Assembly (NCBI GenBank): GCA_044225595.1 | Contig: JBGAIG010000008.1 | Coordinates: 3,639-67,638 of the forward strand | Reading direction: 5' to 3' | From: Gammaproteobacteria bacterium | GTDB lineage: Bacteria; Pseudomonadota; Gammaproteobacteria; UBA6186; Azoamicaceae | Length of the DNA stretch: 64,000 nt | In this document: positions 48,671 through 59,094 of the stretch, piece by piece | Position numbering within the stretch: the first letter of the stretch is position 1 | How the letters are laid out: every line of letters starts with the position of its first letter | Program-made: the position numbers and the translations under genes | The notes under the pieces: generated by a model | What the model saw: only the letters and a program-made list of their open reading frames with translations | Database searches by the model: none | Told to the model about the DNA's origin: nothing

Positions 48671-48931
48671 TTATTGGGTGCCTGGTGAACGACCATTCAA
48701 AATATTATATTCATCATGATAACTGTAACTACTATGTAAATCAGAAGATGGTGAGCCATCAAATGATTGATTTTCATAACGAAAGTGGTCATCGTCGAAA
48801 GCTGCGTTATGTTCAGCATCCATTGTATTACCCCATTTCACATTACCGCGAATAATTTCAATGATGAAATATATAAACCCTGAAACAACACAGAGAAAAA
48901 CGAATAGAAAAAAGAAATCAGCAAGATGCAT
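48671..48931 (-). CDS. small single-TM hypothetical protein (occupies the traS/traT position but on the opposite strand)
   Basis: SD 'aagga' lies 11 nt before the ATG. N-terminal TM helix 'LADFFFLFVFLCVVSGFIYFIIEII' and an acidic tail. A competing plus-strand ORF (48658-48855) has no hydrophobic or conserved character. Confidence 0.35.
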   Translation of the reverse strand: MHLADFFFLFVFLCVVSGFIYFIIEIIRGNVKWGNTMDAEHNAAFDDDHFRYENQSFDGSPSSDLHSSYSYHDEYNILNGRSPGTQ

Positions 48932-49027
48932 AGTGGTAAATCCTTATCTTAACAGCATTGTTTGCACATATTATAGCCCAAAGCCATTTACTTATCTAGT
49001 ATTTTTTAGAAAATTAAGGGAATTTTT

Positions 49028-50929
49028 ATGCAAAAACTAGAGGCCACAACACTTTTTAAAGATCTGACCAGGGGTGGTCAGACTTTTATGCATGCACTTC
49101 GGATGTCCATGCAAGTTTTTAGATATGGCTTTTTTAGTGCGCTTTTGTTGTTTCTGTGTCTGATGGTTATTTTAACCTATTTTAAAACAACGTCCTATGA
49201 TCGATACCTGTTTTACGAATACTTAGAAGCAGAAGCCAAAGTGGTGTTTAACGAAAGCGCGTATACGCTCATTAAAAACCCAAAAGGTGTACATCCTCCT
49301 CAAGTTAAGCTCTTTTGTACGCAATTTATCAAAGAACCCGCGACACAATATCATATTAAACAATGCATCGATGGTTTTGTATGGGCTGTAAAATGGTCAG
49401 CTATTTCAAGTATTAGCGGATTTTTTCTCTTTTTACTTTTCCTGCAACAAAAAGGTAAACGCGCAAGAGCAATCGAAAAGGTTTCAGGACAAGGCCGCGT
49501 CTCACCCAAAGTATTAAGAAAGCAATTGTATGCAAAAAATGAAGCTTCAGACCTAACGATTGGGGGTGTGCCCTTGGTTTTAGATTCTGAAACGCAGCAT
49601 ATTTTATTAGCGGGTACTACCGGTACAGGTAAATCGGTTTGCATACAAGAACTGATGGATCAAGTGCGCGCCAACGGACAAAAAGCCGTTGTGTTTGATA
49701 TTGATGGGGCTTTGGTTGCCAATTACTATAGACCCGAAAAAGATATTTTGTTAAATGCCCTAGACGAACGCTGTCCCTCCTGGAATATTTGGCAAGAATG
49801 CAGAGATAAAGCAGACTATGAGACCCTTGCGCATTCTTTAATGCCGCTGTATTTGTGGTCTAACGATCCATTTTGGATTAATGCAGCGCATACGATTTTT
49901 ACGGAACTTGCAGAAAAACTTGCCCTTGAAAACAATACCAATGTCTATTTATTAGATGCGCTTTTTACCGAAAAATTAAACAGCTTATCAAAATTGGTGG
50001 AAAACTCACCGGCCGCGTCTTTAGTCTCCGATAAAAACGAAAAGATGGCTTTATCCATTAAAGCAACCATTTCAACTTATTGTAAAAGTCTGCTTTATCT
50101 GCGCGATGATAAACAGGATGCCTTATTTTCGATACGGCGTTGGATAGAAGGGGAAACCCAGGATAGCTGGCTTTTTATTGCAACTGATGCTCAAAAAATA
50201 GATGCGCTAAAGCCGCTATTGTCCGTGTGGTTAGATGTAGCGGCTAAATCGGTTTTAAGTTTGCCACCCTATTCAAAAAGACGTTTATGGTTTTTTGCAG
50301 ATGAATTACCCAAACTTCATCGGCTACCCAGTTTAATGAATCTTTTAGAGCGTGGTCGTAAATATGGGGCTTGCTTTGTGGGTTCTATACAAGATGTGCA
50401 TCAAATACATTCAGTCTATGGTCGAAATGATGCTGAGACTTTCACTTCTCTTTTTAACACCAAGCTCTTTTTTAGAAGCTTGGAACCCCAATCGATGGCT
50501 TGGATGTCCAAAGTCATTGGCAGTTTAGAATTTATTGAAAAGAAAGAAGGCTTCTCTTATGGGGCTAATGATATGCGAGACGGGGTTTCGATTCATCAGG
50601 AACGTCGACGTGAACCCATTGTCAAAGAAGGAGAATTTTCGGAATTGCCTAATTTACAGGCTTTTTTAAAATTACCAGGTACCTGGCCCATTACAAAAAT
50701 TGAATTGTGTATTCAAAAAAGAGTGTTTACACAACCCTATTTTATTCCACGTTTAAAAGAAAACTCTATAATAGAACCCACCAAAACAGTAGAAGCGTCT
50801 TCATCCAATATTCAAGCTATAAATCCTATACCAGCAGAAATCCCATTAGAAAATTCTTTGCCAGATTCATCTCTTAAACCAAACGCTGTTGAACTATCCA
50901 CAAAGGAGAAATCCGACCTGTATGCTTAG
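49028..50929 (+). CDS. traD: type IV coupling protein TraD
   Basis: Two N-terminal TM helices, Walker A 'LLAGTTGTGKS', Walker B 'LWFFADELP'. Confidence 0.9.
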   Translation: MQKLEATTLFKDLTRGGQTFMHALRMSMQVFRYGFFSALLLFLCLMVILTYFKTTSYDRYLFYEYLEAEAKVVFNESAYTLIKNPKGVHPPQVKLFCTQFIKEPATQYHIKQCIDGFVWAVKWSAISSISGFFLFLLFLQQKGKRARAIEKVSGQGRVSPKVLRKQLYAKNEASDLTIGGVPLVLDSETQHILLAGTTGTGKSVCIQELMDQVRANGQKAVVFDIDGALVANYYRPEKDILLNALDERCPSWNIWQECRDKADYETLAHSLMPLYLWSNDPFWINAAHTIFTELAEKLALENNTNVYLLDALFTEKLNSLSKLVENSPAASLVSDKNEKMALSIKATISTYCKSLLYLRDDKQDALFSIRRWIEGETQDSWLFIATDAQKIDALKPLLSVWLDVAAKSVLSLPPYSKRRLWFFADELPKLHRLPSLMNLLERGRKYGACFVGSIQDVHQIHSVYGRNDAETFTSLFNTKLFFRSLEPQSMAWMSKVIGSLEFIEKKEGFSYGANDMRDGVSIHQERRREPIVKEGEFSELPNLQAFLKLPGTWPITKIELCIQKRVFTQPYFIPRLKENSIIEPTKTVEASSSNIQAINPIPAEIPLENSLPDSSLKPNAVELSTKEKSDLYA

Positions 50930-53900
50930 CATTTACACCCTAAAATCTGCATCGGACGCTTTTAATTATTATCAAAAAGGAGATTATTACACGAGAGATG
51001 GCGTGGAAGGATATAGCTTTTGGTTTGGCAAAGGTGCTGAATCCTTAAACTTAGCAGGTACCGTGGATTTCGATGTTTTTAAAGAATTATTAGAAGGTCG
51101 CTTTCCAGACGGTTCGTTAATGCAAAATACAGCACGTGGAGAATATCATCGACCCGGCTATGATTTAACCTTTTCAGCACCCAAATCGGTTTCGATTTTA
51201 GCTTTAATTGGCGGAAATAAAGAAATTTTACAAGCCTATCGTGAGTCTATCAACGAAGTGCTCGCTAAAATAGAGCAAAAATATGGTGGATGTAGAAATA
51301 AAGAAAAAAGTATCACCAACATTGAAAGTACAGGCAACATGGTTTTTGCGGTATTTGAACATGCGGATACGAGAGCGGGGGATCCGGGCTTACACCATCA
51401 TTGCGTTTTATTAAATATGACGAAACGTTCTGATGGAGAATGGCGAACGCTTTATGCAGACGAAATTTATAACGATAAACTCTTAAATGGTATGGAACAG
51501 CGTTCTATTTTGGCCCATAAATTATTAGCCTTGGGCCATCCTTTAAGAATGGGAGAAAAGGGCACTTTTGAAATAGAAGCAGTCCCGCAATTGTTAATAG
51601 ACTTTTTTTCTAAACGTCATGAAGAAATTGAAGCCTGGCTAAAAGAACACAAACTCTCTGGTGGAGCGGCTGCCAAAGTTGCCAATTTTCAGACGAGGCA
51701 ACCCAAACAGAATCGAGACCCCTTAGCGCGGAATGACTATTGGTTAACTGAATTATCCGATGCTGGTTTTAACTTAAACGATTTACATAAAATTTGTGAG
51801 GATGCTAAAACGCGGGGTGCAATTACATTGCCGGATCCGGTTGCTATTGCCGTCGTTTCTATTGATACGGCAATTTCACATTTGAGTGAGCGAAAATCCT
51901 TTTTTTCGATTCAAGACATCATGAAGTCGGCAAAGATGTTGTCAATTTTTCCGGGTAATGATGCGGACTTCCTCCATATTATCGAGCAGAAAATAAAAGC
52001 TAAAGAGCTTTTATATATAGAAGAGAAGCGTTTAACAACCCCTGCCATTATGGCCTTGGAAGCCCAAAATAGCGTACGGATGCAAAAATCCAAAAACACC
52101 GTGGATAACATCATGCCAGCTTGGATTTTTGATAGATTTCATGGCCCTAAAGTTAAAACCGAGTCAGCGCGTGCGGCTTTAAAGTTTATGTTAACAACTC
52201 ACGATCAACAGATTTTAGTGGGCTCAAATTCTAAACCTTTCTTAAATGAAACCTTGCAAATATTTAATACTGTTTCCAAAAACCAAGGCTATTATCCCCG
52301 ATTTTTAACAGAAAAAGCTTCAACGGCGGAATATTTAAAACAAAAACTCAATACCGACAAAACCATGACCATTGAAGGGTTTCTGTTAGCCTGCGAAATG
52401 CGTGCTCAAAAACAAAATCCTAATCCCAATATGATAGAGCGTTGGAATCAACGTTTTAAGGTACGGGAAGCACGGGATATTTGGGTTATTCACGGGGAAG
52501 CATCGTTTAGTCAAGTCTCTCGTTTACAACAATGGTCTAAAACATTTGGGGCACGTCTTATTTTTGCCCAAGCCAATTATCAAGATATTCCGGCTTTATC
52601 TGCGCTTGCTCGCAAAGGTATTAGCCAATACTTCCTCTCAGCTCCCCAGTATTATAAAGCAGAACTAAAAACCAAAGATGCACTTTTGAAGAATCTGAAC
52701 CATTTGGATGCTCAACATAAACTGTATAGCCATTTGGATTATCAAGAACGTCTTAATCTAGCGGTTGAATATGGTCTCTCTCAACCGACACTGCCGTTGT
52801 TATTAACCTTAACAAATGCTGAACGATTAGCCTTAAATGAACAAATTAGAAATGGTTTAAAACAAAAGCATTGTCTGGGACATGAAGCGATAACGGTGCC
52901 CATTTTAGAAGCATTGGCATTAACCCAAACCGAAAAAAGTCAGCCGCAGCTTTATCAACCTAAAGATGTGATACGGTTTAATATCGATATACCAGACACA
53001 TTATTTAACAAGCATCAAGGAAGTAAGGGACATTATTTTGAAGTGTTAAGCGTTGATTTAAAAACGAGTCTCCTCACACTACAGAATAGCGATAAACAGA
53101 AAATCACTTGGAATCCACAGCTTGAAAAGAATCTAAAACAAGTGGATGTTTTTAGGTTTTCAGAACGGGAGTTGAGAGCAGGAGACAGTTTGGTTTGGAC
53201 ACGCACCTTAAAAGACACGCACGATAAAAATTTGAATAGAATTAAAAACCAAACTGCTTCGGTAGTGTCTGTAACGAATGAGTCAGTGACTGTACAGTTA
53301 CAAAATGGCCAAATGACAACCTTCAATCCTCATGATGCTAAGCAGCAACATTGGGATTATGGCTATGCAAGGCTTTTAAAAAATAGGGATGTGAATATTC
53401 CTAAAGATACTGTACTGGTTTTACAAAATAATAAAATTGATTATAAAACAGTTTCAACACTTCAAGAATGTTTAGAACAGCTTCAAGAACATAAAAAAAC
53501 CACTTTGATTATCTGCAACGATATTGAAAAATTAAAATCAATTATCGTATTAGGCGACATTAATCATAACGTTGAGCCTAAGATTGAAATGCCGTATGTC
53601 AGGGCGGAAGCTTTATCCGAACACCAAACCACGGTGACCCAACCCATATTCCATGGATTACAAGGAGAATATTTAAAAGCAAGACAATTAAATCCTGAGT
53701 TTTTAGCGAAAAACCTTGCTAATTCTGATAACCTTGAGCGCGAGTACTCGCCAGAATTTAGACTGGCTTGCGATACGGTCGATTACCTTTGTTTATATCA
53801 TTCAGAGCGGGATGCGGTTTTAGATTTGGAAACGCTAAAATTGGAAGCGGCACAATTAGGTGGTCTTAAAACGTCTGTTAAGTTAATCGAAGAAGCCTTT

Positions 53901-56900
53901 AATTTAGCCATCAAAAAAGGATGGCTAGTCCCATTACCCAAAAAATTAGATTCCGATATAGACTGTGTTGCCACGCGCCACACTATTCTGATGGAAAAGC
54001 TTTGTATTCAAAAAATAAATGAGGGCAAAAACCAGGTAACGCCTATTTTAAGAAGGAATGCGCCCGCATTAAAAACGCTAGCAGAATCATCAAACTTTAC
54101 GCGCAGCCAAAAGAAAGCGATTAATCTCATTTTAACCACAGCGGATAGATTTGTGGCTATCCAAGGTATTGCAGGTGCCGGTAAAACGAGTGCGCTTAAA
54201 GAAATCCATCAACAATGTTTGGCCTCCGGTTTTAAAACACTGGTGTTAGCGAATACGGGCGGTGCTAAAAATGAAGCCAAGCATAGCTCTGGCATCCTTG
54301 CCATGACCACGGCAGCGTTTTTAACTCGTGTAGAGACTTTAGTAAAAACGGATTTAGATAAAGCCAAACAAGATTTTGGCAACAATCAATTAATTATCGT
54401 CGATGAAGCTTCTTTCGTTGCCACACCTGAAATGTTTAGATTAAAGACCATCGTCAAGCAACTCAATGCACGTTTATGTTGGATAGGAGACTTTAAACAA
54501 ATAGGCTCTATTGGTAGAGGAGATGCTTTTCGCGATACGTTGATTTATGGCATCCAGCACGTTGCCATGACAGAAAATGTGCGTTTAAACAATCCTACCG
54601 CGCTTGCCGCTATGAAAAGTGCTTATGCTGGCGATATGAAAAAAACAGCTCATTTTCTTAAAAATAGAATTGAAGAAATACCCGTTAAAGCGGAAGCTTT
54701 GCAAAAAGTGGTTGAAACTTATTTTTTAGTGCGAGATTTAAAAAAGACGGATCCTTTAGTTATCACTCCTTTAAATAAAGATAGAGCTTTTGTGAACGAT
54801 AGTATTCGTGCATATCGTAAAGAAAAAGGCGAATTAACGGGTCAAACACTCAAAACGGTTGTTTATTTACCCACCGATAGGCGAGAAATTGATAAAAAAA
54901 ATATTGAAGCTTATAAATCAAGCGATGTGATTCGTTTTAATACGAATCATCCACGCTTAGATGTAAAATCAGGTGATTACGTCACTATACGAGAAATTGA
55001 CAGAGCGCATCATCGACTGCATTTAGCCTCTGAAAATGGTCAAACCTTTTACTGGTCGCCCAAAAATCTACAAAAATCAAGCGACATTGAAATTTATAGA
55101 AGTGAGGCACGGGAATTTCTTAAAGATGACATTATTATTTTTAGAAAAAATAATGAAGAACTGGGTATTTTTAATGGTGATAAAGCAGTTATTTTAAACA
55201 TTGAAAAATTTAAACTCAAGGTTGCTTTGGAAAATGACCAAATCATCACCTTAGATCTCCGCCAAAAAGCGAATCAACATTTGGATTATGGCTATGCCTT
55301 AACGCCTTTGGCGGCTCAAAGCCGAAATATCAAGTATGTTATCGCTTATGGAGAAGGCCCAAAACCCTATACCAAAAAAACTTCGGAACTTAAGGTAGGA
55401 GATGTAGTGATTGTGCCTGCTGAACCCAATGAAAGGGATTCGGTTGAATTCGGGTATTCGAAGTTAGGGGAGGTGACTGCAATAGGTGGAAATAGCCTCA
55501 GCTTGAACATTAATGGCCACATTAAAAGCCTTTTAACAAACAAAATTGATGTGTGGGGCTATTTCCCGCCGTTTGAAGAGCGAAAAGAACAGGAATTGCC
55601 GCTCTCGACTTCTCAACAAAGCTTTTTAGTTCAAATTACCCGAGGGGATTTTTTCTTTTTGGTGGTATCAAATCTCAATGATTTTAAAAAAACCTTAGAG
55701 AAACATCAACGAACAAAACAATCGGCTTTAAGCCATTTAGATGCTAATTGGCAGCGGTTAAGCGAGAGTGTCAATCGATTAGTTGCTAGCATTAGCGGTA
55801 AAGCGGAAGTCAAAGAACTTGATAGCCCATCTGATGCTTACACGTCTTTGAAAAAACCTACCCGCTCTTCACGCCATAACGCCCAAAAACCAAAAGATTA
55901 TATTGATGGTGATGCACTCAATGCACATTTAGAGCGCAATATTTTAGGTTATGCTATCAATTGGTTAGGCGACCCCAGTAAAAAAAATGCTAAAGAAGCG
56001 CGATGGGGATCTAAGGGTTCGCTTTGCGTTAATCTTACCGGCACAAAAGCGGGTCTTTGGAAAAATCATGAAACAGGAGAAGGGGGTAAAGGGCTTATCT
56101 CACTTTATATGGCGATTCATAATGTGGATTTTAAAACAGCCTTAAAAGAAGTAGCCGATAAAGCGGGTTTAGGTAACCGGGAGTTTATCGACCTTGATTA
56201 TAAGCCTAAAGTACGAGAAAGGGATTTAAAAGCGGAACAGGCATTACTCAACAAAAGGATACATTATGCGCGACAACAGTACGAAAAGACACTGCCTTTA
56301 AAAGGCACATTAGCAGAAAAGTATTTGCGAGAATTTAGAGGCATCACAGGGGCATTACCAGGGAGTTTTAGATTTAGTCCGGGCATTAAGCATTTAGACA
56401 CCCAAAAGCTAACACCTGCGTTAGTTGCTCCCATTCATAATAAAGATAATCAGGTAACCGGGATGGTGCGAATATTTTTAAATGCAGATGGCAGTAAATT
56501 ACAAGAGACTTTTATCAATCAAAAAGGTGAGGCACAAAAAGCAACAGATAAAGCTAATTTAGGCGTATCAAGCAATGGTGCTGTGATTGTACAAAAGGGG
56601 TTATCGAGGACAGTATGGGTAGCCGAAGGTGTTGAAACAGCATTGAGTGTCGCTAAAGCGGTTCCCAACGAGACTGTGATAGCAAGTCTCTCTATCTCTC
56701 AATTTAAAAATATGCCTGTGGGGGACACTATCCAAACGGTCGTTATTTGTGCGGATAATGATCCACCCAGTTTACAGGGTAAGAAAAACATCAGCAATGC
56801 TGTCTCGCATTATTTATCATTAGGAAAGCAGGTCTTTGTGACAATGCCGTCTGAGATGCCTTTGGACATAAAAAAGTATGATTTTAATGATGTATTAAAA

Positions 56901-57086
56901 CAGGGTGGTATTTCTAAGGTAAGAGCAGTATTGGATACACGGGTAGAAATTAAAAGTGCTGCATTGTTAAAAAATGCTAACACAAGCTTGTTAAACGATT
57001 TAGCGAAAATAAAAAGTGCTGAGTTAGAAGCACCTCGAAAAACAAGCCCTGGTTCATCAAAAGGAGAAATTCAATTAGAAAGATAG
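50922..57086 (+). CDS. traI: MOBF relaxase-helicase (TraI/TrwC-like) with C-terminal Toprim/primase-like domain
   Basis: Relaxase motif I 'AFNYYQKGDYYTRDG' and motif III 'FEHADTRAGDPGLHHHCVLLN'. Helicase Walker A 'IQGIAGAGKTS' and 'LIIVDEASF'. The C-terminus carries 'ARWGSKGSLCVNLTGTKAGLWKNHETGEGG', then Toprim 'VWVAEGVETALS' and 'VVICADNDPPS'. Start at ATG 50922, with SD aaggag upstream. Confidence 0.9.
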   Translation: MLSIYTLKSASDAFNYYQKGDYYTRDGVEGYSFWFGKGAESLNLAGTVDFDVFKELLEGRFPDGSLMQNTARGEYHRPGYDLTFSAPKSVSILALIGGNKEILQAYRESINEVLAKIEQKYGGCRNKEKSITNIESTGNMVFAVFEHADTRAGDPGLHHHCVLLNMTKRSDGEWRTLYADEIYNDKLLNGMEQRSILAHKLLALGHPLRMGEKGTFEIEAVPQLLIDFFSKRHEEIEAWLKEHKLSGGAAAKVANFQTRQPKQNRDPLARNDYWLTELSDAGFNLNDLHKICEDAKTRGAITLPDPVAIAVVSIDTAISHLSERKSFFSIQDIMKSAKMLSIFPGNDADFLHIIEQKIKAKELLYIEEKRLTTPAIMALEAQNSVRMQKSKNTVDNIMPAWIFDRFHGPKVKTESARAALKFMLTTHDQQILVGSNSKPFLNETLQIFNTVSKNQGYYPRFLTEKASTAEYLKQKLNTDKTMTIEGFLLACEMRAQKQNPNPNMIERWNQRFKVREARDIWVIHGEASFSQVSRLQQWSKTFGARLIFAQANYQDIPALSALARKGISQYFLSAPQYYKAELKTKDALLKNLNHLDAQHKLYSHLDYQERLNLAVEYGLSQPTLPLLLTLTNAERLALNEQIRNGLKQKHCLGHEAITVPILEALALTQTEKSQPQLYQPKDVIRFNIDIPDTLFNKHQGSKGHYFEVLSVDLKTSLLTLQNSDKQKITWNPQLEKNLKQVDVFRFSERELRAGDSLVWTRTLKDTHDKNLNRIKNQTASVVSVTNESVTVQLQNGQMTTFNPHDAKQQHWDYGYARLLKNRDVNIPKDTVLVLQNNKIDYKTVSTLQECLEQLQEHKKTTLIICNDIEKLKSIIVLGDINHNVEPKIEMPYVRAEALSEHQTTVTQPIFHGLQGEYLKARQLNPEFLAKNLANSDNLEREYSPEFRLACDTVDYLCLYHSERDAVLDLETLKLEAAQLGGLKTSVKLIEEAFNLAIKKGWLVPLPKKLDSDIDCVATRHTILMEKLCIQKINEGKNQVTPILRRNAPALKTLAESSNFTRSQKKAINLILTTADRFVAIQGIAGAGKTSALKEIHQQCLASGFKTLVLANTGGAKNEAKHSSGILAMTTAAFLTRVETLVKTDLDKAKQDFGNNQLIIVDEASFVATPEMFRLKTIVKQLNARLCWIGDFKQIGSIGRGDAFRDTLIYGIQHVAMTENVRLNNPTALAAMKSAYAGDMKKTAHFLKNRIEEIPVKAEALQKVVETYFLVRDLKKTDPLVITPLNKDRAFVNDSIRAYRKEKGELTGQTLKTVVYLPTDRREIDKKNIEAYKSSDVIRFNTNHPRLDVKSGDYVTIREIDRAHHRLHLASENGQTFYWSPKNLQKSSDIEIYRSEAREFLKDDIIIFRKNNEELGIFNGDKAVILNIEKFKLKVALENDQIITLDLRQKANQHLDYGYALTPLAAQSRNIKYVIAYGEGPKPYTKKTSELKVGDVVIVPAEPNERDSVEFGYSKLGEVTAIGGNSLSLNINGHIKSLLTNKIDVWGYFPPFEERKEQELPLSTSQQSFLVQITRGDFFFLVVSNLNDFKKTLEKHQRTKQSALSHLDANWQRLSESVNRLVASISGKAEVKELDSPSDAYTSLKKPTRSSRHNAQKPKDYIDGDALNAHLERNILGYAINWLGDPSKKNAKEARWGSKGSLCVNLTGTKAGLWKNHETGEGGKGLISLYMAIHNVDFKTALKEVADKAGLGNREFIDLDYKPKVRERDLKAEQALLNKRIHYARQQYEKTLPLKGTLAEKYLREFRGITGALPGSFRFSPGIKHLDTQKLTPALVAPIHNKDNQVTGMVRIFLNADGSKLQETFINQKGEAQKATDKANLGVSSNGAVIVQKGLSRTVWVAEGVETALSVAKAVPNETVIASLSISQFKNMPVGDTIQTVVICADNDPPSLQGKKNISNAVSHYLSLGKQVFVTMPSEMPLDIKKYDFNDVLKQGGISKVRAVLDTRVEIKSAALLKNANTSLLNDLAKIKSAELEAPRKTSPGSSKGEIQLER

Positions 57087-57274
57087 TCAGATTTATGAGT
57101 GTAATTTTTTTGGTGGATGCCTGTAAAATAGCTGACCTAGCAATATTTTATGCTTTTTTAAGAAAAAAATAACGAATCATTTCGTGTTCTTGCTAGCATC
57201 GCATAGCCTACACCTGAATAATAATCTGTTTAAACAGCTTCCAATTGTTGCTCAATTTAATTGTATTGACGTTA

Positions 57275-57664
57275 TCATCCCGTACTGATTATTGAAATTT
57301 GTTCCAAACTTTGCCCTAAGATTTTTGCCATTGCTTTTTTGCCTTTTTCGTGAGAGGCATGGCTGCGTTCTATGCCTTCTTTAGAAAGCTCGATCTGATC
57401 TTTAAGCAAATAATAAGAGGTAACCACATTTTGTAGTATCTGGTATTGGATATTAGGGCTGAGTTTTTCATCTGCTTTCTGAAGGGTTAAAAAATCCGAA
57501 CCCGAGTTTTGAAGAGCCGTACTTAATAAAATACGAATAGTTTCACTAACGCCAATATCGCCCAGTTCTGTAGATTTTAATTCTAGTTGTTTGTATAAAT
57601 CTTTAGGCAACCGTACAGAAGTTGAATAGTATTTCTCTCGTTTAGCTTCAATTTCTTTTTGCAT
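57275..57664 (-). CDS. ribbon-helix-helix (CopG/TraY/TrwA-like) DNA-binding protein
   Basis: Start at ATG 57664 ('MQKEIEAKREKYYSTSVRLPKDLYKQLELKS..ETIRILL'), which is an RHH beta-strand/helix pattern. It lies directly downstream of the iteron array. Confidence 0.6.
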   Translation of the reverse strand: MQKEIEAKREKYYSTSVRLPKDLYKQLELKSTELGDIGVSETIRILLSTALQNSGSDFLTLQKADEKLSPNIQYQILQNVVTSYYLLKDQIELSKEGIERSHASHEKGKKAMAKILGQSLEQISIISTG

Positions 57665-57685
57665 GTTAATTTCCCCAAAAAAATG

Positions 57686-57833
57686 TGTAATACACATGTA
57701 ATACATTATAGTCTTTTTGTAATACAACTGTAATACAGCTATTGGTTTTTAAGATATTGATTTTTAAGATGTTTACAGATGTAATACAAATTGTATTACG
57801 CGTGTATTACAGTGTATTTTTTTTTGTATTACA
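57686..57833. repeat. iteron array: 5 direct plus 3 inverted copies of TGTAATACA
   Basis: Direct copies at 57686, 57697, 57718, 57729 and 57780. Inverted copies (TGTATTAC[A/G]) at 57792, 57803 and 57825. Read directly from the sequence. Confidence 0.85.
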
Positions 57834-58221
57834 AGGCTTCTTAAAAAAATAGCATGAAAAATTAAAAAAAGCCTATAGAAATAGGGAAAAAGTTAAATTT
57901 TTGGAGCAGTGCGTCCGGTGTGCGAGAATTAATAATGATTTGCTTTAGTGTTTGGTTTTTGTGGATTGCTTTATTTAATTTTCGGCCAAAGCGGCGTTTT
58001 AAGCGTTATTATGGGAGTGGGCTTAATGTCGAGGGGCTCCTCTGAATGTAAACTATACTTCCTGGCAAGCCATTTTATAACAAAAGTCCAAGTATAATAA
58101 AAGTAGTTTTGGTTATGGTTCGGGACAATAAATAATACCAATTAGGATATTTCGCGAGTTTATAATTTATTACAGTTGAAAACCTCAATTTTATCTGGTT
58201 TGATTGGAAGGTAGTTTAAAC

Positions 58222-58575
58222 ATGGATTATCAAATCATGAAAAAACAAAAAGCGTTGCCGGCAGATTTACAGCAATGGGTAGATGCCCGTCAGTGGTTTC
58301 GTTTATCACATAAGCATATCCAGATGGCGAAAGAATTAGGGTTAAACCCAAAAAAATTTGGCAACCTTGCCAACCACAAGCAAGAATCGTGGAAAGAACC
58401 TTTATCAAATTTTATTGAGACTTTATACTTCAAAAAGTATGCAAGGTTAGAACCAGTCAAGGTATCGACTATACAAGAATTGTTTGAATTGGAATTACAA
58501 AAAAAGCAGAAACGACAAGAAAGCAAAGCCAAGGTTAAAAAGCCAGAACTAACAGCTACTACTCATTCAAATTGA
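58222..58575 (+). CDS. hypothetical protein with lysine-rich C-terminal tail
   Basis: ORF from 'MDYQIMKKQK'. 'LSHKHIQMAKELGLNPKKFGNL' looks HTH-like. No family assignment. Confidence 0.45.
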   Translation: MDYQIMKKQKALPADLQQWVDARQWFRLSHKHIQMAKELGLNPKKFGNLANHKQESWKEPLSNFIETLYFKKYARLEPVKVSTIQELFELELQKKQKRQESKAKVKKPELTATTHSN

Positions 58576-58790
58576 GATATTTTAAAATTTAAACACTATG
58601 TCTCTCAACGAATATGCTATTTTTACGCTTTTTGTCCTAAGCATTCCTAAAACAGTTAAATTTATTTTAAAAAAGGTGTAAATGGGGTGACAGAAATGAT
58701 GGTTCAAAATAGATTAAATAATTGCGCATTCTTTTAGCGATAAAATCTTGTATAAATCAAAAAATATTTGCAAAAATGTCTTAAAAATCA

Positions 58791-58819
58791 TTGATTTTTA
58801 CAGCGTTATTGATTATAAT
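58791..58819 (+). promoter_or_regulatory. near-consensus sigma-70 promoter (TTGATT - 17 nt - TATAAT)
   Basis: -35 at 58791-58796, a 17-nt spacer, and -10 at 58814-58819. It points toward the small ORF and the ICE sigma-factor gene. Confidence 0.5.
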
Positions 58820-58941
58820 TCAATTAAGCTTTTAAACGAAAGCTTAAAGAAATGAGGGCGCAATGCACCCTCATAACCGGAGGCTACAAGTGCTTCAACA
58901 CTTGCAGTCGCCTAACCACAACCAACTTGAAGGAGAAGGTC

Positions 58942-59094
58942 ATGGCTAACGCTAGATTACACAATTCCCTATCTTTAATCAATCTGTTAGAGCATTCAAT
59001 CTGCGGTTCGCAAAGGACTACTAAAAGCGTTCCGACAGATCTCTTTGGCGGATTATTCCAGTTCCGAGCTGCAAGGCTACCTGTTGGTGCTTGA
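58942..59094 (+). CDS. candidate 50-aa ORF in the sigma-factor leader
   Basis: Strong SD 'AAGGAG' ends 6 nt before ATG 58942. The product is 'MANARLHNSLSLINLLEHSICGSQRTTKSVPTDLFGGLFQFRAARLPVGA'. There is no homology evidence, so it may be non-coding structured RNA instead. Confidence 0.3.
   Translation: MANARLHNSLSLINLLEHSICGSQRTTKSVPTDLFGGLFQFRAARLPVGA

Noticed and set aside
48658-48855. 65-aa plus-strand ORF coupled to the traG stop (ATGA)
   Set aside because: The His/Tyr-rich translation has no hydrophobic or conserved features. The overlapping minus-strand ORF has an SD and a clear TM helix, although neither is well supported.
58005-58040. Possible attR remnant ('gggagtgggcttaatgtcgagg' versus tRNA 'cctagtgggcccacca')
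   Set aside because: Only a 7-nt match (agtgggc) with no flanking similarity, so it is indistinguishable from chance.
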